The notes under the pieces: generated by a model
Databases searched by the model: none
The model's input: only the letters and a program-made list of their open reading frames with translations
Told to the model about the DNA's origin: nothing
Assembly: GCF_009914755.1 (NCBI RefSeq)
Contig: NC_060926.1
Direction: 5' to 3' (one strand)
Length of the DNA: 64,000 nucleotides
From: the human T2T-CHM13v2.0 reference genome, Homo sapiens
Shown: piece after piece, positions 41,346 through 56,586 of the stretch
How positions within the stretch are numbered: position 1 is the stretch's first letter
Layout: every line of letters starts with the position of its first letter
Made by a program: the position numbers and the translations under genes

Positions 41346-43483
41346 TTGTAAGTGAAATATTTGGAAATGAAATGAATTACGGTTTTAAAATGTAATTCCA
41401 ATGAACACACAGCGGGTTTGTGTGGAGCAAACATTGGGAAACAGTGATATAAAAAAGGTTTAACTATTTTATCTATTTTGGTAAATTTGGGAATCAAAGG
41501 ACTCCAAGTTATTTTTGAAAAATAAAAAGAAAGACATTACTGTGACAATTACAGATAACAGTCTTATACTCTAAGAAAAAAAATGGATCATTATCTCAAG
41601 ATCCTGATCTAGAGACACACTGAAACCAGCAGGTGAAGAAGAGCCTGTGTCTTTTCAAGTTTAACTCAAACCTGTCCTGCAGCCTCACCATCTACTTTGT
41701 TGTCCAACAAGCCTTCACAAGAGCACTGTTTCTCAAACAAGTATATTCTTCCTTGCCTTCTGGTTTTCGCTCACCCAGCTCACACAATTACCTCTGCCTA
41801 CAATGCTTTTCTTTTAGTGGCCTAGACCTAACTAAAATGACACTATCTTTTTGAAGTCTTTCCTGACCCTTCCAGGCAGTTAGATTATGTCTCTTCAAAG
41901 GTTTCATGCTAACCCATATGCATCTTTTTCATAGCACTTAGCATATTATATTTGGAATTATGTTTACATTAACATCTCCCATTGGTGTAATATCCTTAAT
42001 GATGGGAACCATGCCTGACCCAGCTTCATAAATGTCAATTTTAGCCCATTGATCTTCACATGCTATGTACATGCTTAGATTGTTGTTGCTGGCTTTATGT
42101 TTTATTTTGTTTTTTACTTTTTTCTCCCAGAGAGATTTGTGAATAAATCATCAATAAAATGACATAGTAGACATTGCTTTACTTCTCCAGGTATATGACA
42201 AGTTTGTTATGTTCTTACATTAGGAAAATAAACTCTCTCAAAAAAGGAGTCAGACAACTAGTATCCAGAATCCATGTACTCAAAAATGTCAACCCCTCAG
42301 GAAACAGTCAATAAGATGCAAATGAAAAGACCTTTGAACTACCTTAGGAAATGTCACTAACTTTATTAATAAACAAACATGCAATTTATTAACAGCAGAA
42401 TCCCCTAGTATTCTCTATTTATCACTATTTCAGAAAAAATCTATCACATTTGTTTTACAGTTTAAGAGCAGGAAAGTATTTAGAAAATGTAAAGTGGTTG
42501 CTAGAACTAAGTGTACTAACTAGTTCTAGTTCTGATAGGTTGTATTCAGATAAAGTGGGAAAAGAAAAAAAAATCATGAAAATAAACCTTAAAAATGTAA
42601 AAAGTTCAGTGTGATCATTTACTGTAAAGGTTAGCAGTCCAAAATACTTGACTAGTCCCTGAATTAATAAATCAAGCATATTCTACTTAAAGAGTATAGT
42701 GTAAAATATTTTTGGAAATATTTCCTGCAGAACTGGAAAATTAAAATAAAGCTTTTTTACCCTTAGAAATACAAGCTTTTGTTTTCAAAAAAATTAACCC
42801 ATGTAAAATGGTTCATCCACTACACAAGTCTTTAAAATTGCTATTCTGAGATTAACTGGATCTATTGTCCTTGAAAAAAATGATGTTTTGTTTAACTATT
42901 ATTGGAAGATAATAATTTCCAGCAACACAGATGCTTTCATTTTTATAAGGCAAGGCATTTATTTTGAAATCAGGAATCTTTCAAAGAAAAATACCATAAC
43001 GAATGTTCTCTGTGCACAGCACCTTATTTTAAAAGTATTCATATGAACCTCTGGACATTTCATGCCTTTAGAGGGAACCATTACAAGATAATGAGCTATG
43101 AAATGGCAAGCATTAATCTCTACGTAGTCTTTCAAAGGGAAAATCATTTCCCTTAGGCATCTGATACTGCCAAAGAGCTACTGACTACTCCTAAAGGAGG
43201 TAATATTTAGGATTTTTTTTTAGAAAAAAGTTATAACTTGGTGATTTCAATATAAAAATATGGCATAAAGTTTCAAGACTTAAGAAAGATAAAGTTGTTT
43301 TAAAGTGCACATTTAGTACATTTGCATTTTAAACCTGCAGAAACACAGAAACTCTAGCAAAGCAAAAGTAAAATTAGAAACACTATGCAAGCTGTGTCAT
43401 TAACTGTTCTTACAGGCTAAATAGTTTAATTAAAATTTTATTTTTATGTATTTTTATTTCTTTTGAATGTGTTGTTTAAAACT

Positions 43484-44344
<861 letters not shown>

Positions 44345-44510
44345 TAGCTTTTAATTTACTGTCATTCGTTACCTCTGTTCTCTATTCATGTGACAAAATT
44401 CATGGCTACAAATTCCATGATTTGATGACTTTAAGCAGATATTAGTGCATCAGAATTATTTAGAGTTAATGATATGAATGCATGTTATAAAAGAGCAAAA
44501 TAATAATTCT

Positions 44511-44690
44511 TTGGTTTTCGGTTTTGTTTTGTTTTTTTTTTTTTTTTTTTTTTGAGATACAGAGTCTCCCAGTGCTTCCCAGGCTGGGATGAAATTGCTA
44601 TTCATGCAATCATAGTTCACTAAAGCCTTGAAATTCTGCCTCAGCTTCCCCAGTAGATGAGATTACAGGTGTGCAACATTGTGCCTGGCT
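44511..44690 (-). mobile_element. FAM (fossil Alu monomer)
   Basis: Single arm retaining the 7SL-like GCTATTC segment; flanks AATAATTCTTT / AATATTTCTTT. Confidence 0.75.
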
Positions 44691-45361
44691 CAATATTTCT
44701 TTAAACAACATGAATTAGATATAATGCGGAAATTTGTCCTCCCATTGATCTGTAGCCAGTTTTCATTAGCTTATTTATCTGTCTGTATAGTTCTCCTTCA
44801 TCTCTCCTTTACAACTCTGGACACTTCACTCCTAAACCTTAGCACATTTGTGGGAAAAAAAAAAAGAGAAAAGAGTAACCAAAAAAAAAAAAAAAACCAT
44901 TAAATTAAGCATTCCATATCACCAAATGATTGATGAAAAATCTCTTTACTAAATCTATTTTAGAATTTCAAATATTCCATTGTGGTTTATATTACAATAA
45001 AAACTCTTAAGGAACAGTACATTTTAGTAATAAAACACTTAGACAAAAATATGTTAAATGTTATCCAAGATCACATAGAAATGTACTAACGAGCATTAAT
45101 AATTATATTTTTGTTAATAAAAGTATCTTAGCTATTAAGCAATAGCTAAGATATACTGGTTTTTATTAAAAGTAAAAACATCTCAGTATATCTGATATTG
45201 CTTAATATCTCAGATATACTGCATAGTAAAACACAGATGGTCACTGAGGTGTAAACATATTCATCCCTAAAATTTGAATTTTTTTTGTATTCTGGTCTTT
45301 TCCCTGACAGTATTTATGCTGATCACTTAGTCTCTTTAGTTTCTCAGAAGTTTATTTACCC

Positions 45362-45477
45362 TTTTTTTTTTTTTTTAAAGAGACCCAAGCTGGTCTTAAA
45401 CTCCTGGGCTCAAGTGATACACCTTTCTCAGGCTCCCTAAGTGCTTGGAATACAGGTGTAGGCCACCATGCCTGGCC
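45362..45477 (-). mobile_element. Alu left monomer (FLAM_C-like)
   Basis: Poly-T, CTCCTGGGCTCAAGTGAT...CCACCATGCCTGGCC. Confidence 0.8.
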
Positions 45478-45515
45478 TTCTCTTTTTTCTGGTCCTCTTT
45501 TATTTTTCTCTTCAG

Positions 45516-45624
45516 GTTCACAGAGTCAAGTTAATTGCATCACAGCATTCTCAGCAGTACATCCAAGATGCTAACTGGTTTCATATTATTATCCATCCCC
45601 ATGACTGCTTCGTTTCTCTCTGAG
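45516..45624 (+). other. Candidate 109-nt internal exon of a non-coding transcript
   Basis: Long pyrimidine tract ending TTTTTCTCTTCAG|G, then donor GAG|GTAAGC; motif evidence only. Confidence 0.35.
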
Positions 45625-45659
45625 GTAAGCACTAAAATAGTTGATATATGCAAAGAAGC

Positions 45660-45850
45660 ACACACAGTTGGTTAAGCTTGTGAATTCTGGGGCCAGACAG
45701 ACAAGGTTAGAATACTGGCTTCAATTATATCCTAGCTGTGTTTGTGACTATTCATGTTACTTATAGTCTACACTAGTTCTTCTGCAACACAAACTTAACA
45801 ATATCTGTATCTTAAGTTGTTCTAGGATTTGTTATTTACATTTGTATAAA
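45660..45850 (+). mobile_element. MIR SINE
   Basis: TGGTTAAGC..GAATTCTGGGGCCAGACAGAC..GGTTAGAAT..CCTAGCTGTG. Confidence 0.6.
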
Positions 45851-45892
45851 TAAACAAACATAAATATATGTATATGTATATAACAGATATAC

Positions 45893-46110
45893 TTTTTTAT
45901 TTGTATAAATTTAAGAGGTGCAAGTGAAGTTTAGATACATGATATATTGAGTAGTGGTGAAGTCTGGGCTTTTAATATAACCATCATCTGAATAATGCAC
46001 ATTGTACCCATTGAGTAATTTCTGAGTCATCCCTCACCCTCCTCCCACCCTTTCAAGTCTCCAGTGTCTATTATTCTACACTCTACATGTGACAAATATT
46101 TAGCTACAAC
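45893..46110 (-). mobile_element. L1MA 3' end
   Basis: GTAGTGGTGAAGTCTGGGCTTTTA...CATTGTACCCATT; similar fragment at ~32405-32530. Confidence 0.75.
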
Positions 46111-46811
46111 TGTATGTTCTTATACATGTATTTATTTCCTTAAAAAATATTTCTATAAAATAATCTTATGCAGTTTCTTACATTTTTCCTCAAAAGTGTA
46201 TTTTTTAAGATCCATCAGTGTTGCTTTATATAAAAGTAGTTAATTGCTTCTGAGTTTTGAATAGTAATTCCATTATGTGGATCCCATATGTTACATTTTC
46301 ATTCCCAGAGAAATAAACAGAAAAAGCTACTTTAAGCATTTATTCATTCATTTTTCCATATTGATCTGCATGAAAGCAGGCAATATACCTGAGAGTGTTT
46401 CTACTGAGTAACAAAGCACATAAATATTTCCTTTCAATAGTTCTATTGGATTAGATTTTGGAATGTCTGTAGCAATTAATCTCCTCTAAGGAAAGAAAGA
46501 GGGTGTTTTCCCAGAGCTTTGCCAAATCTTTGCATTAATGGGTGTTTTACCATTCGGAGGTAGGCAATTTAGAATGTATTTGTATACCTATACATAATTT
46601 TATAAAAGAATCCAAGTTTAGTTTTTTCTATTTGATAAGCCCTTTACCCAAATTAGATTACCCAATGATTTGTTGCAACAGCTTTATTATGCATGAAATT
46701 CTCATAGACATATCTTTATATGGGAATTGCCTTCCAGTCTCTTTGTTCCTGTGTCTTATTCATGGGTGAATAGCTCATTGTTTTTATTCCTGTACCTGTG
46801 CCTTTTCATTT

Positions 46812-46908
46812 TATATGTATATATATGTATATATACACACACACATATATATATATACACACATATATATTTATATACACACATATATATATACACACAT
46901 ATATATAT
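46812..46908. repeat. Compound (TA)n/(CA)n microsatellite
   Basis: Direct reading. Confidence 0.9.
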
Positions 46909-47770
46909 GACTTTTATTTTCTAGGTACATTTTGGAATAAATATACAAGTATCATGATTAGATTTTGTTTGGGAAATATATTGATTTTACAGATATATTG
47001 GGAGAATTGAGGGTTAAAGGGTTAAGTTATCCAGAAACTTGTCTCTTGTATTTATTCAGACTTTTATAATATCATCTAATATCTAGCAAATGTCTAAAAA
47101 TATCTTTCATACTACTTGCTAAGTATAACCAAGATTCTGTATGGATTTTGTTATTAGTGAAGGCATATCTTCTTTTCTTTATTTTAATGAATTATTTGAA
47201 ACATACAGAATAATAGAATTAAGACTCAGCTACCCACAATTTAACTTTGCTAATTAAATATTTTACCATATTTACCTAACTTATTATTTTAAGCAATGAA
47301 ATATTAGTTGGAGTACTTCTTGAGCTTCTCTCCAATCCCTCTCATCATTTTTCCTTCTCTTATCAGAGTTAACTCTTCTGAATTAATCATTTGTATTTCT
47401 TATATATACTTGTCTGCTTTTACTATACACATATGTAAATTTTTAAAGTTTTAAAATGTGAAATAAATAATACACTGCATTGAAACTTCATTGTTGAATT
47501 AAAAATCTGGTTTGATACAGAAAAAAAGAAAAGAAAACAATAAACTAATGTGTTCACTCAGAGTTTATTTACCTCCTAAATGATTAACAGCAGGTAAAAT
47601 TTATGATTACTTTCTCCTACACTGGGTATTTGCTTTGACTTCATGTAAATATTAAAAATGTTTCAAAAACTGAAAGTTCACACAAATATAATGTCTATAA
47701 TTTATCGCTTTTTATTGGGTTTTTTAATTTTTTTGTTTCTTAAGTTGGAAATTGACAAATTATAGTTGTA

Positions 47771-48209
47771 TATTTGACCCTTGAACAACACAGGGCTTAG
47801 GGGTTAGGAGCGCCGACTCCTCATGCAGTCGAAAATCTGCATATAACTTTTGACTCCCCAAAAACTTAACTACTAATAGCCTACTATTGACATTCTTTGC
47901 CAATAATATAAAGAATTAACACATATTTTATATGTTAAATGTATTACATACTGTATTCTTACAATAAAGTAAGCTAGAAAAACAAAAATGTTATTAAGAG
48001 AATCATAAGGAAGAGAAAATATATGAGTATCCACTAAGTGGAAGTAAATCATCATAAATATCTTCTTCCTCATCATCTTCATGTTTAGGCAGAGGAGGAG
48101 GAAGAGGAGGGATTGATTGGTCTTGCTGTCTCAGGGGTGGCAGAGGTGGAAGAACATCCACATATAAGTGGATTGCCACAGTTCAAACTCATGGTTCAAG
48201 GGTAAATTG
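47771..48209 (+). mobile_element. Tigger2a-like TcMar MITE
   Basis: TA-flanked; TIRs TTGACCCTTGAAC / GTTCAAGGGTAAATTG. Confidence 0.88.
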
Positions 48210-48211
48210 TA

Positions 48212-49793
<1,582 letters not shown>

Positions 49794-49886
49794 TGCAACT
49801 GAACTCAGGTTTAGCTGCTCACTGCTCAAAAGCCAAAACTTATTTGGGTGAGGACACAAAGCCAAATCACATCAGGTTATAAAACC

Positions 49887-50422
49887 TGAAACTAACCCAA
49901 TAGTCCCATAGACAGCTGTCTTTGGATAAACATAGAAATTGATCCTCTGGTTTTAATCCATTTCCCCATTAGAAAAAAAAAAGAGTGCAGCTCACTGTCA
50001 GTGCAGTATTCTCCAGGCAAACTTAAGGCTTGAAACTTCACATTTGTTTTATCTGAGTTCCTTCCTCAGGAAAAGATTCCCAGGCCTTTCAAAAAGTATC
50101 AGCGAACTGAAACTCACCCAATCAAGGCATGCAAATAATGAAATGCCAGGCCCCTCATTCATCATGATTGCCTTCTTACTCCTGAGATCCTGTTTTATAT
50201 ATAGTTACATTTCTTCCTTGCTATATAAACCCCTAATTTCAGTCAATCAGGGAGATGGATTTGAGACTGAGCTCTCATCTTCTCTACCGGAACACCCGCT
50301 TAAAGCCTTCTTCCTTGGCACTTGGCAATACTCATTGTGCCAGTCATTAGCTTTCTATACAGTAAGCAGCAGAACCTAGATGAACCCCAGGACCTAGACG
50401 AACCCCTGGTGTTTTGGTAACA
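49887..50422 (+). mobile_element. LOR1a-like ERV1 LTR
   Basis: TGAAACTAACCCAATAGTCCCATAGACAG ... CCCCTGGTGTTTTGGTAACA; TATA-like CTATATAAA at ~50221. Confidence 0.75.
49957..50022. mobile_element. MER75A-like piggyBac MITE inside the LTR
   Basis: TTAA at 49953-49956 and 50023-50026; CCATTTCCC..TTAGAAAAAAAA..GTGCAGCTC..CAGTATTCTC..GGCAAAC. Confidence 0.75.
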
Positions 50423-51282
50423 AGACCATCCTTGCAGCTGGGATTTTAGGATCCTAGCTGGGATTTCTGGGAACTCAGCAGCTGCTGAGAATGCTTTTGT
50501 CTCAGGGAATCTCTCTTCTTTCCCCTTCATGGCATCAGCTGATTGCAATGCTTAGTCAGTGCAAGGTAAAGCAGTATCTGGGAGTTGATGGATCCAAGAT
50601 TGAGTAAGTGAAACTGATGTGCACACCAGGAATCTTCAGCCTCTGCCTTTTGGGCTTGTGCCATTTGGACCTAGCATGAGTCATTTGTGGTACTGTTTGG
50701 TGTCAGATAAGATTTTTGAAGACATCTCTTCAGTCTCCCTTTTTTTGGGAATTAGCTTGGGAATGCTCTGTTTTAGGTTTTGTATGTTTTTTGGTTTTTA
50801 ATTGTTTAAAAGGTTGTTTAAAAGGTGAAACATGAAAGTTCAAAGACATGCCAGATTTTCTGGGACTCCAGCTGGTCACATATTATCCCCATTTTTGTGC
50901 ACATTTTAAACTGATGGGCAAATTACAGCAAGAAAAATTCAGGGCTCAAATGGTTAACCAGCAACTATAGAGTTAAGTAGAGGCTTCTAAAGCTCCCTAA
51001 TTCTCTCTTTTCTGTCTACTTTGAATCTGCTGCTATTGAGCTACTAATATTGAGATAAAACTCACTTAATTCAAAGTTACTTGGGATATTTTGTTTTTCT
51101 TATACAGTTCAGCCAGTTCTAGTTAAAATGTAAACATTGAAAACTCTTGAAACTTAAAAAAAAGGGTAAAAGAGATTTCAAAAATTAAACTGGTATCTAA
51201 AGTGCTTTACCAAAAATTTTGGTCAACAGCTTTCATGCAATTACCTATTGAGACAAAGTTTAGCCATGTAGACAGGTTCCAA

Positions 51283-51642
<360 letters not shown>

Positions 51643-51945
51643 TGAGTTTGTGATATACTCTGATGGCTAGAGCTCTGAGGTAAAAGCTGTTGGATCTTGG
51701 TTTGTATGTGTGTATACATATTTATATGTGCTTATGTATGTATATATATGTATTGTGTCTAACATGTACCAAACTGGATTATAAATAAATGAGTATTCAT
51801 AAATTAAGTCAGTCGAAATGCTTTTCAAGTTCAGGTACATTTAGTAATTTTTGGTAAATAAAAAATGGTTTTGAAATCATTAATGAAATAAAAATAGATA
51901 TATCTTCCAAATTGTTGGCATTCATTTTTGTCTAGATATACCAAT

Positions 51946-52396
51946 TGTGAGAAACACATATTCACCTGGCCAAACCCTTGGAGACATGAAGAACAGCAGA
52001 AGCGAGACTTTTAATGGCAGTCTTGCAAGACTGGCCGTCTGGTAGGCAGGCACACCTGGGGCAGTTACAGCAGGTAATTTATCCCCTAGCATGTAATAAG
52101 TCCCTCCCCCAGTTCCTCACTAGTCAAGTACTATGGGGTTACAATCTTCCTGGATGTTGCCTAAGTTTCATTATCCCTCTTATAAGGTTTTACCCCAGTC
52201 CCCTTCTCCACTTAAGTTTTGATTTCCCAGTAACAAAACTTTCTTCCCTTTTATGGGCTGACCTCTCCTCTACATTCTGTTTGCTTACTGACCTTCTAGG
52301 TGCGTGAGCTGTGTGGTTTGTTACATCCACAGGCTGGCTGAACGTACTTAGATTTATCACACCTTAAAAATAGACTGTTTAAAGTGTTTTCTCACA
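51946..52396 (-). mobile_element. ERVL-class solo LTR (LTR32-like)
   Basis: Inverted termini TGTGAGAAA / TTTCTCACA; 5-bp TSD CCAAT/CCAAC. Confidence 0.8.
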
Positions 52397-54490
52397 CCAA
52401 CTATTTTATATCTACCTTTGCTAAATATTTCAGGTTCAATAAAAACAGCTCAGGCTTCTGAATTATTGGCAAAATGCCCTTGTGTTTAAGGTTCTTAGGT
52501 GAACACCTGATGTTCACAGGCTTTATAAATGATTAACAGAGAAATAACTTTAAATGACAACTAGTTTTGTCTAGTATCTTCATTTTGCAGAAGTAATCTA
52601 GATAAACTATTAAAAATTAAAAAATTAAGTGCATAAACATAGGATAAATGCTTCCAGGTAAACTTTTTATGTAATTTTAAAATCTTAAAATTATTTTGGA
52701 TGCTTATTGAATATTTGGGTCATTTCTAACTAAGAAAGGGTTACAATATGGGAAATATATTTCTAAAACTGTGGAGTGGTTTCATCTATAAAATGTTCCA
52801 TCTGATAGACAGTTCAGGATTTCTTGCTTCCTAGGTTTTCACTAAAATTTAAGGTTACTAAGAATAAGAATCCTAGTTAATATATAATTCTTATATAATT
52901 CTGTAAGTTGTGTTCTTGAGAAAGAATAATTTTATATAATTTAGAAGTTATTCAAAAGTTAAAAAAAGGTAAAAAGAAAATAGGAATTAAAAGAGATGTG
53001 AGAAAAGTTATGAATATAAAAATATTTTTGGTAAGTAAGATTGTTTAAAAATAATAATTTTATCTAAAAAAGATCTTGTGTGGTAAATTTTTGTCTTAAA
53101 GTAAAATAACCGGTTATTGTTAAAAAGAAGTGTAATATAAGACAAGTAAGAAAGTAAAAAATGTTATAAATGGGCTGTGTAAGTGGTTATAAGGTACAAG
53201 AAACAGAATTTATAAGAGGAATGTTGTAAGTAATTAATTGTTTATAATTAAAAAGGAAACCACTATAATACTCTTTCTAAAAGTTAGCCCCTTGCATTAA
53301 AACAAGGGTTACTTAAGGTATTACTTGGCTTTTAGGGAAATTACAAGAGGTTTTGATTTTTAATTATATAACCAATTTCTTTTAAAAATTCTTAGATTCA
53401 TATCTCAGAGGTTCAACATTGGTTGTGTCTTGTTGCTTTCAGCTTTTCCTCCCCTTGAGAAGGCTTGAGATGACAACTCTCTCCTTCAGTTTTTTCATCA
53501 CTCCTGAAATTTTTTCCCTCTAGTTCCAACTGTTGTTGTGGCCTACCACTAAAATGTTTTATCTTAAAGATCTAAAAAAGCAATGTTTACCTCCAGTATA
53601 AGTTTATCTGCACTCTTGATTTTTCTTGATAAGTCTAAATTTTTCAATGTAATCAGGAAGTTCTCATGCTATTACTAAGAGTCATGTATTCGCCTGCTAT
53701 ACTCATAACCTTGAAAAGACTCTTCCTGTGTCTGATTAAATTCATGTACTCTTTTCAACAGCTTTGACTTTTGGGTTATCTAAATGGGCTTCCCATAAGG
53801 AGAAGCAATTACACTGCAGAAAGTTTTCTTTGCCTTTTTGGTACTTGGCTTAAAAAACGAAGATTTTACATTTTATTAATAGCAAAATAATTTCTATATT
53901 ATATTCGTAGGTTTTTGATTCTTTAGGAAAACTAAAATTTAAAAGGGTTAAGGTATTTATATTCATATAACTTTGCATATTGCTTTTAAAGTCTTTTAAT
54001 TATCAATCTTGGTTAAATGAACAAATAGTTTTTGTTTTGGTGAAATGTTTTGAGGCTTTAACATCTTTAATAAATATTCTTGAAATCAAAATCCTAAGTC
54101 TCTGACTTATTGCTGGGGACTTAACAAAGCTATAAAAATGAATGACTACAAGGTTGTAGAATCTTTTTGTAACTCTTAAATCAGGTCATAAACTCCAATA
54201 TCACCACCTCAAGCTCCTTGAAAAGGTCCTAAGTGCTATTAACTAATACTTGTGCCGTTAAGTTACAGGGTTTTGACTCCTGGATATACATATCCATGAA
54301 CTGCTGCTAAATCTTAAACGTTGATGCCAGTATCTGACACCAAACTTAAGTTAACCAAAGGCTGGACTTTAGACCTGGAGAAGGTGACAATCAAAATATT
54401 TAACTGCTTTCATGAAACATGTGGACAGGCCCTAATACAAAGACACTAAGACTCCTTTAATAATTTTGCTTCTAGATCCTTGATGCTAAA

Positions 54491-54859
54491 TGTATTAGTC
54501 CGTTCGCATGCTGCTACTAAAGACATACTTGAAACTAGGTAATTTGTAAAGGAAAGAGGTTTAATTGACTCACAGTTCAGCATGGCTGGAGAGTCCTCAG
54601 GAAACACAATCATGGCAGAAGGGGGAGCAAAGACGTTCTTCTTCACATGGTGGAAGGAAGGAGAAGTGCAATGCAAAGGGGGAAAAGCCCCTCATAAAAC
54701 TATCAGATCATGTGAGAACTCACTATTATGAGAACAGCATGAGGGTAAAAACCCCCATGATTAAATTACCTCCCACCACGTCCCTCCCATGACACATGGG
54801 GATTATGGGAACTACAATTTAAGATGAGATTTGGGTGGGGACACACCCAATCTATATCA
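54491..54859 (-). mobile_element. THE1 solo LTR
   Basis: TGTATTAGTCCGTTC...CTATATCA; perfect TSD CTAAA (54486-54490, 54860-54864). Confidence 0.94.
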
Positions 54860-55597
54860 CTAAATAATTTGAAGGTTTAACTATGTGTGAGCTTCCTTTT
54901 CTGTCATTATCAAGACTTGAAAAAGGCTTATGACCTTTTTGTTTAAAACATTGCTAATCCTTAATATTTTGTTTTCCAAAGTCAAGAAAACTTTTTTTTT
55001 CCTCTTGAGCTATTTACAGCTATACAGAAATTGGGTACTACAACAACAAAAAATATCTCTCTGCCTAATATCTCCAAAATTTGAAAATTGTGCAATCCTA
55101 CTGAGTCAATATGTTTTGGCTTGCCTATGCACTGCTACTAAAGCTATATAATGTCAAGTACCTTCCCTCTAAGCCCAAGGACTATTGTAGAAGAGGTGGA
55201 TGCATGAGATTATAAAAGTGAATTTTGTGGGATAAAATTTGTTCAGACCTTCCAAATCAAAGATGGGTATACAGATGCTTAAACAGCAGCTCAATATGTA
55301 GAACTTATAAATTATTCAATTTTGTAAACTTGCATTTTTGCTTTTAGTTTTTAACTCTTATGTTGCCTAAAAGGTTTTAAGAGTTAATGAGTGCCTTCCC
55401 ACCTCCATTCCTGCCTGGTCTGGAATGATTAATTGGCTATAAGTCTTCTGGTTCTAAGTCCTTTGGCCATAGGAGTCCCACTGAGGGACATGATGGACCA
55501 GGACAGGTAGCCGCACCACTCTGGCAATGATATGGGACAAAATAAAACCTTGGCCATTGATGTTGTCTCTGGCATATCTTGCCCAAAGAAGGAGGAA

Positions 55598-56375
55598 TAT
55601 AAACAACAACAACAACAACAACAAAAATCCTAAGTCCTCCACTGACTGAACAGACCAAGGAGCCAAGAGGACACCCTCCACCCCTGGCTCCAAAAAAAAA
55701 ATTAAAAACCCAGTTCCCAGCCATGATGGTATAAAAGGTCAGTCATGTCTCATTATACTTCCTCCCTTTTATGGTTTAGACACAACAGCTGAGCAGCATT
55801 AATGTTAAAATACAGATCATAAGACTGACAAAACATTCTTTGTGGCAATAAGATACCAAATTATAAATAGAACCTAAGTCCATGTCAGGCAAGGGCCAAG
55901 TCATGCACCTCTACACTTAAAGAATAAACTACGTTCTAACTGCCACATGGTTTTTGTTTTTCTCCAGCAGCTAAACAAGCACTGACCTTGAGATAAACAA
56001 TATTAAAATGATTTACGGTTCCACCAGATGCTAACAGATCTCCCATGCTCCCTGCCCATGTTCCACTAACCATAACTATAACTTTGAATGGACAAGAGGC
56101 TGATTTCAGTAACTTTCCCAAGATAAGAATACCACTGACCATGGACTGGTTCTGACTAGTTTACAGAGATTGTGTATTTGTGTGCCTTTGTGTCCTGAAA
56201 AAACCTTTTGATGTATAGGACCTAGTTGTAATACTTTAAATTTTAGGTCTCCACTCCAAGATGAACATAATTCATATGTTATATATGTTTGTTCAATATG
56301 CATGTGTCAGAATCACCTTTATAAATATTCATAACTTCTATAACCTGTTGAATATGTATGTTTAACCAACCTGTC
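55598..56375 (+). mobile_element. MER4D-like LTR, 3'-truncated
   Basis: GGTTTAGACACAACA, GTGGCAATAAGATACCAAATTATAAA, ACCATGGACTGGTTCTG; follows the polypurine tract. Confidence 0.75.
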
Positions 56376-56395
56376 ATTATATCCATACAGGAGCC

Positions 56396-56500
56396 CAGGT
56401 ACAATTAACAGTGGGAAGCAAATTTACTGACTTTCATATTGATATGGGGACCATATATTCTCTAGTTAACTCCTGTCTATCCTCTGTTTCAAAGACTAGT
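56396..56500 (+). pseudogene. Retroviral aspartic protease remnant
   Basis: Manual translation from 56396: QVQLTVGSKFTDFHIDMGTIYSLVN, matching the gammaretroviral pattern V.LTVG....FL.DTGA.YS. Confidence 0.7.
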
Positions 56501-56586
56501 ATTTCAAAATACTAGACCACTGCTAGTATTTCAAATTACTAGACCACTGCTAGTATTCCAAAATACTAGACCACTGCTAGTATTTT
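56496..56586. repeat. 27-bp tandem repeat x3.4 with an internal hairpin
   Basis: CTAGTATTTCAAAATACTAGACCACTG at 56496, with variants at 56523 and 56550. Confidence 0.92.
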
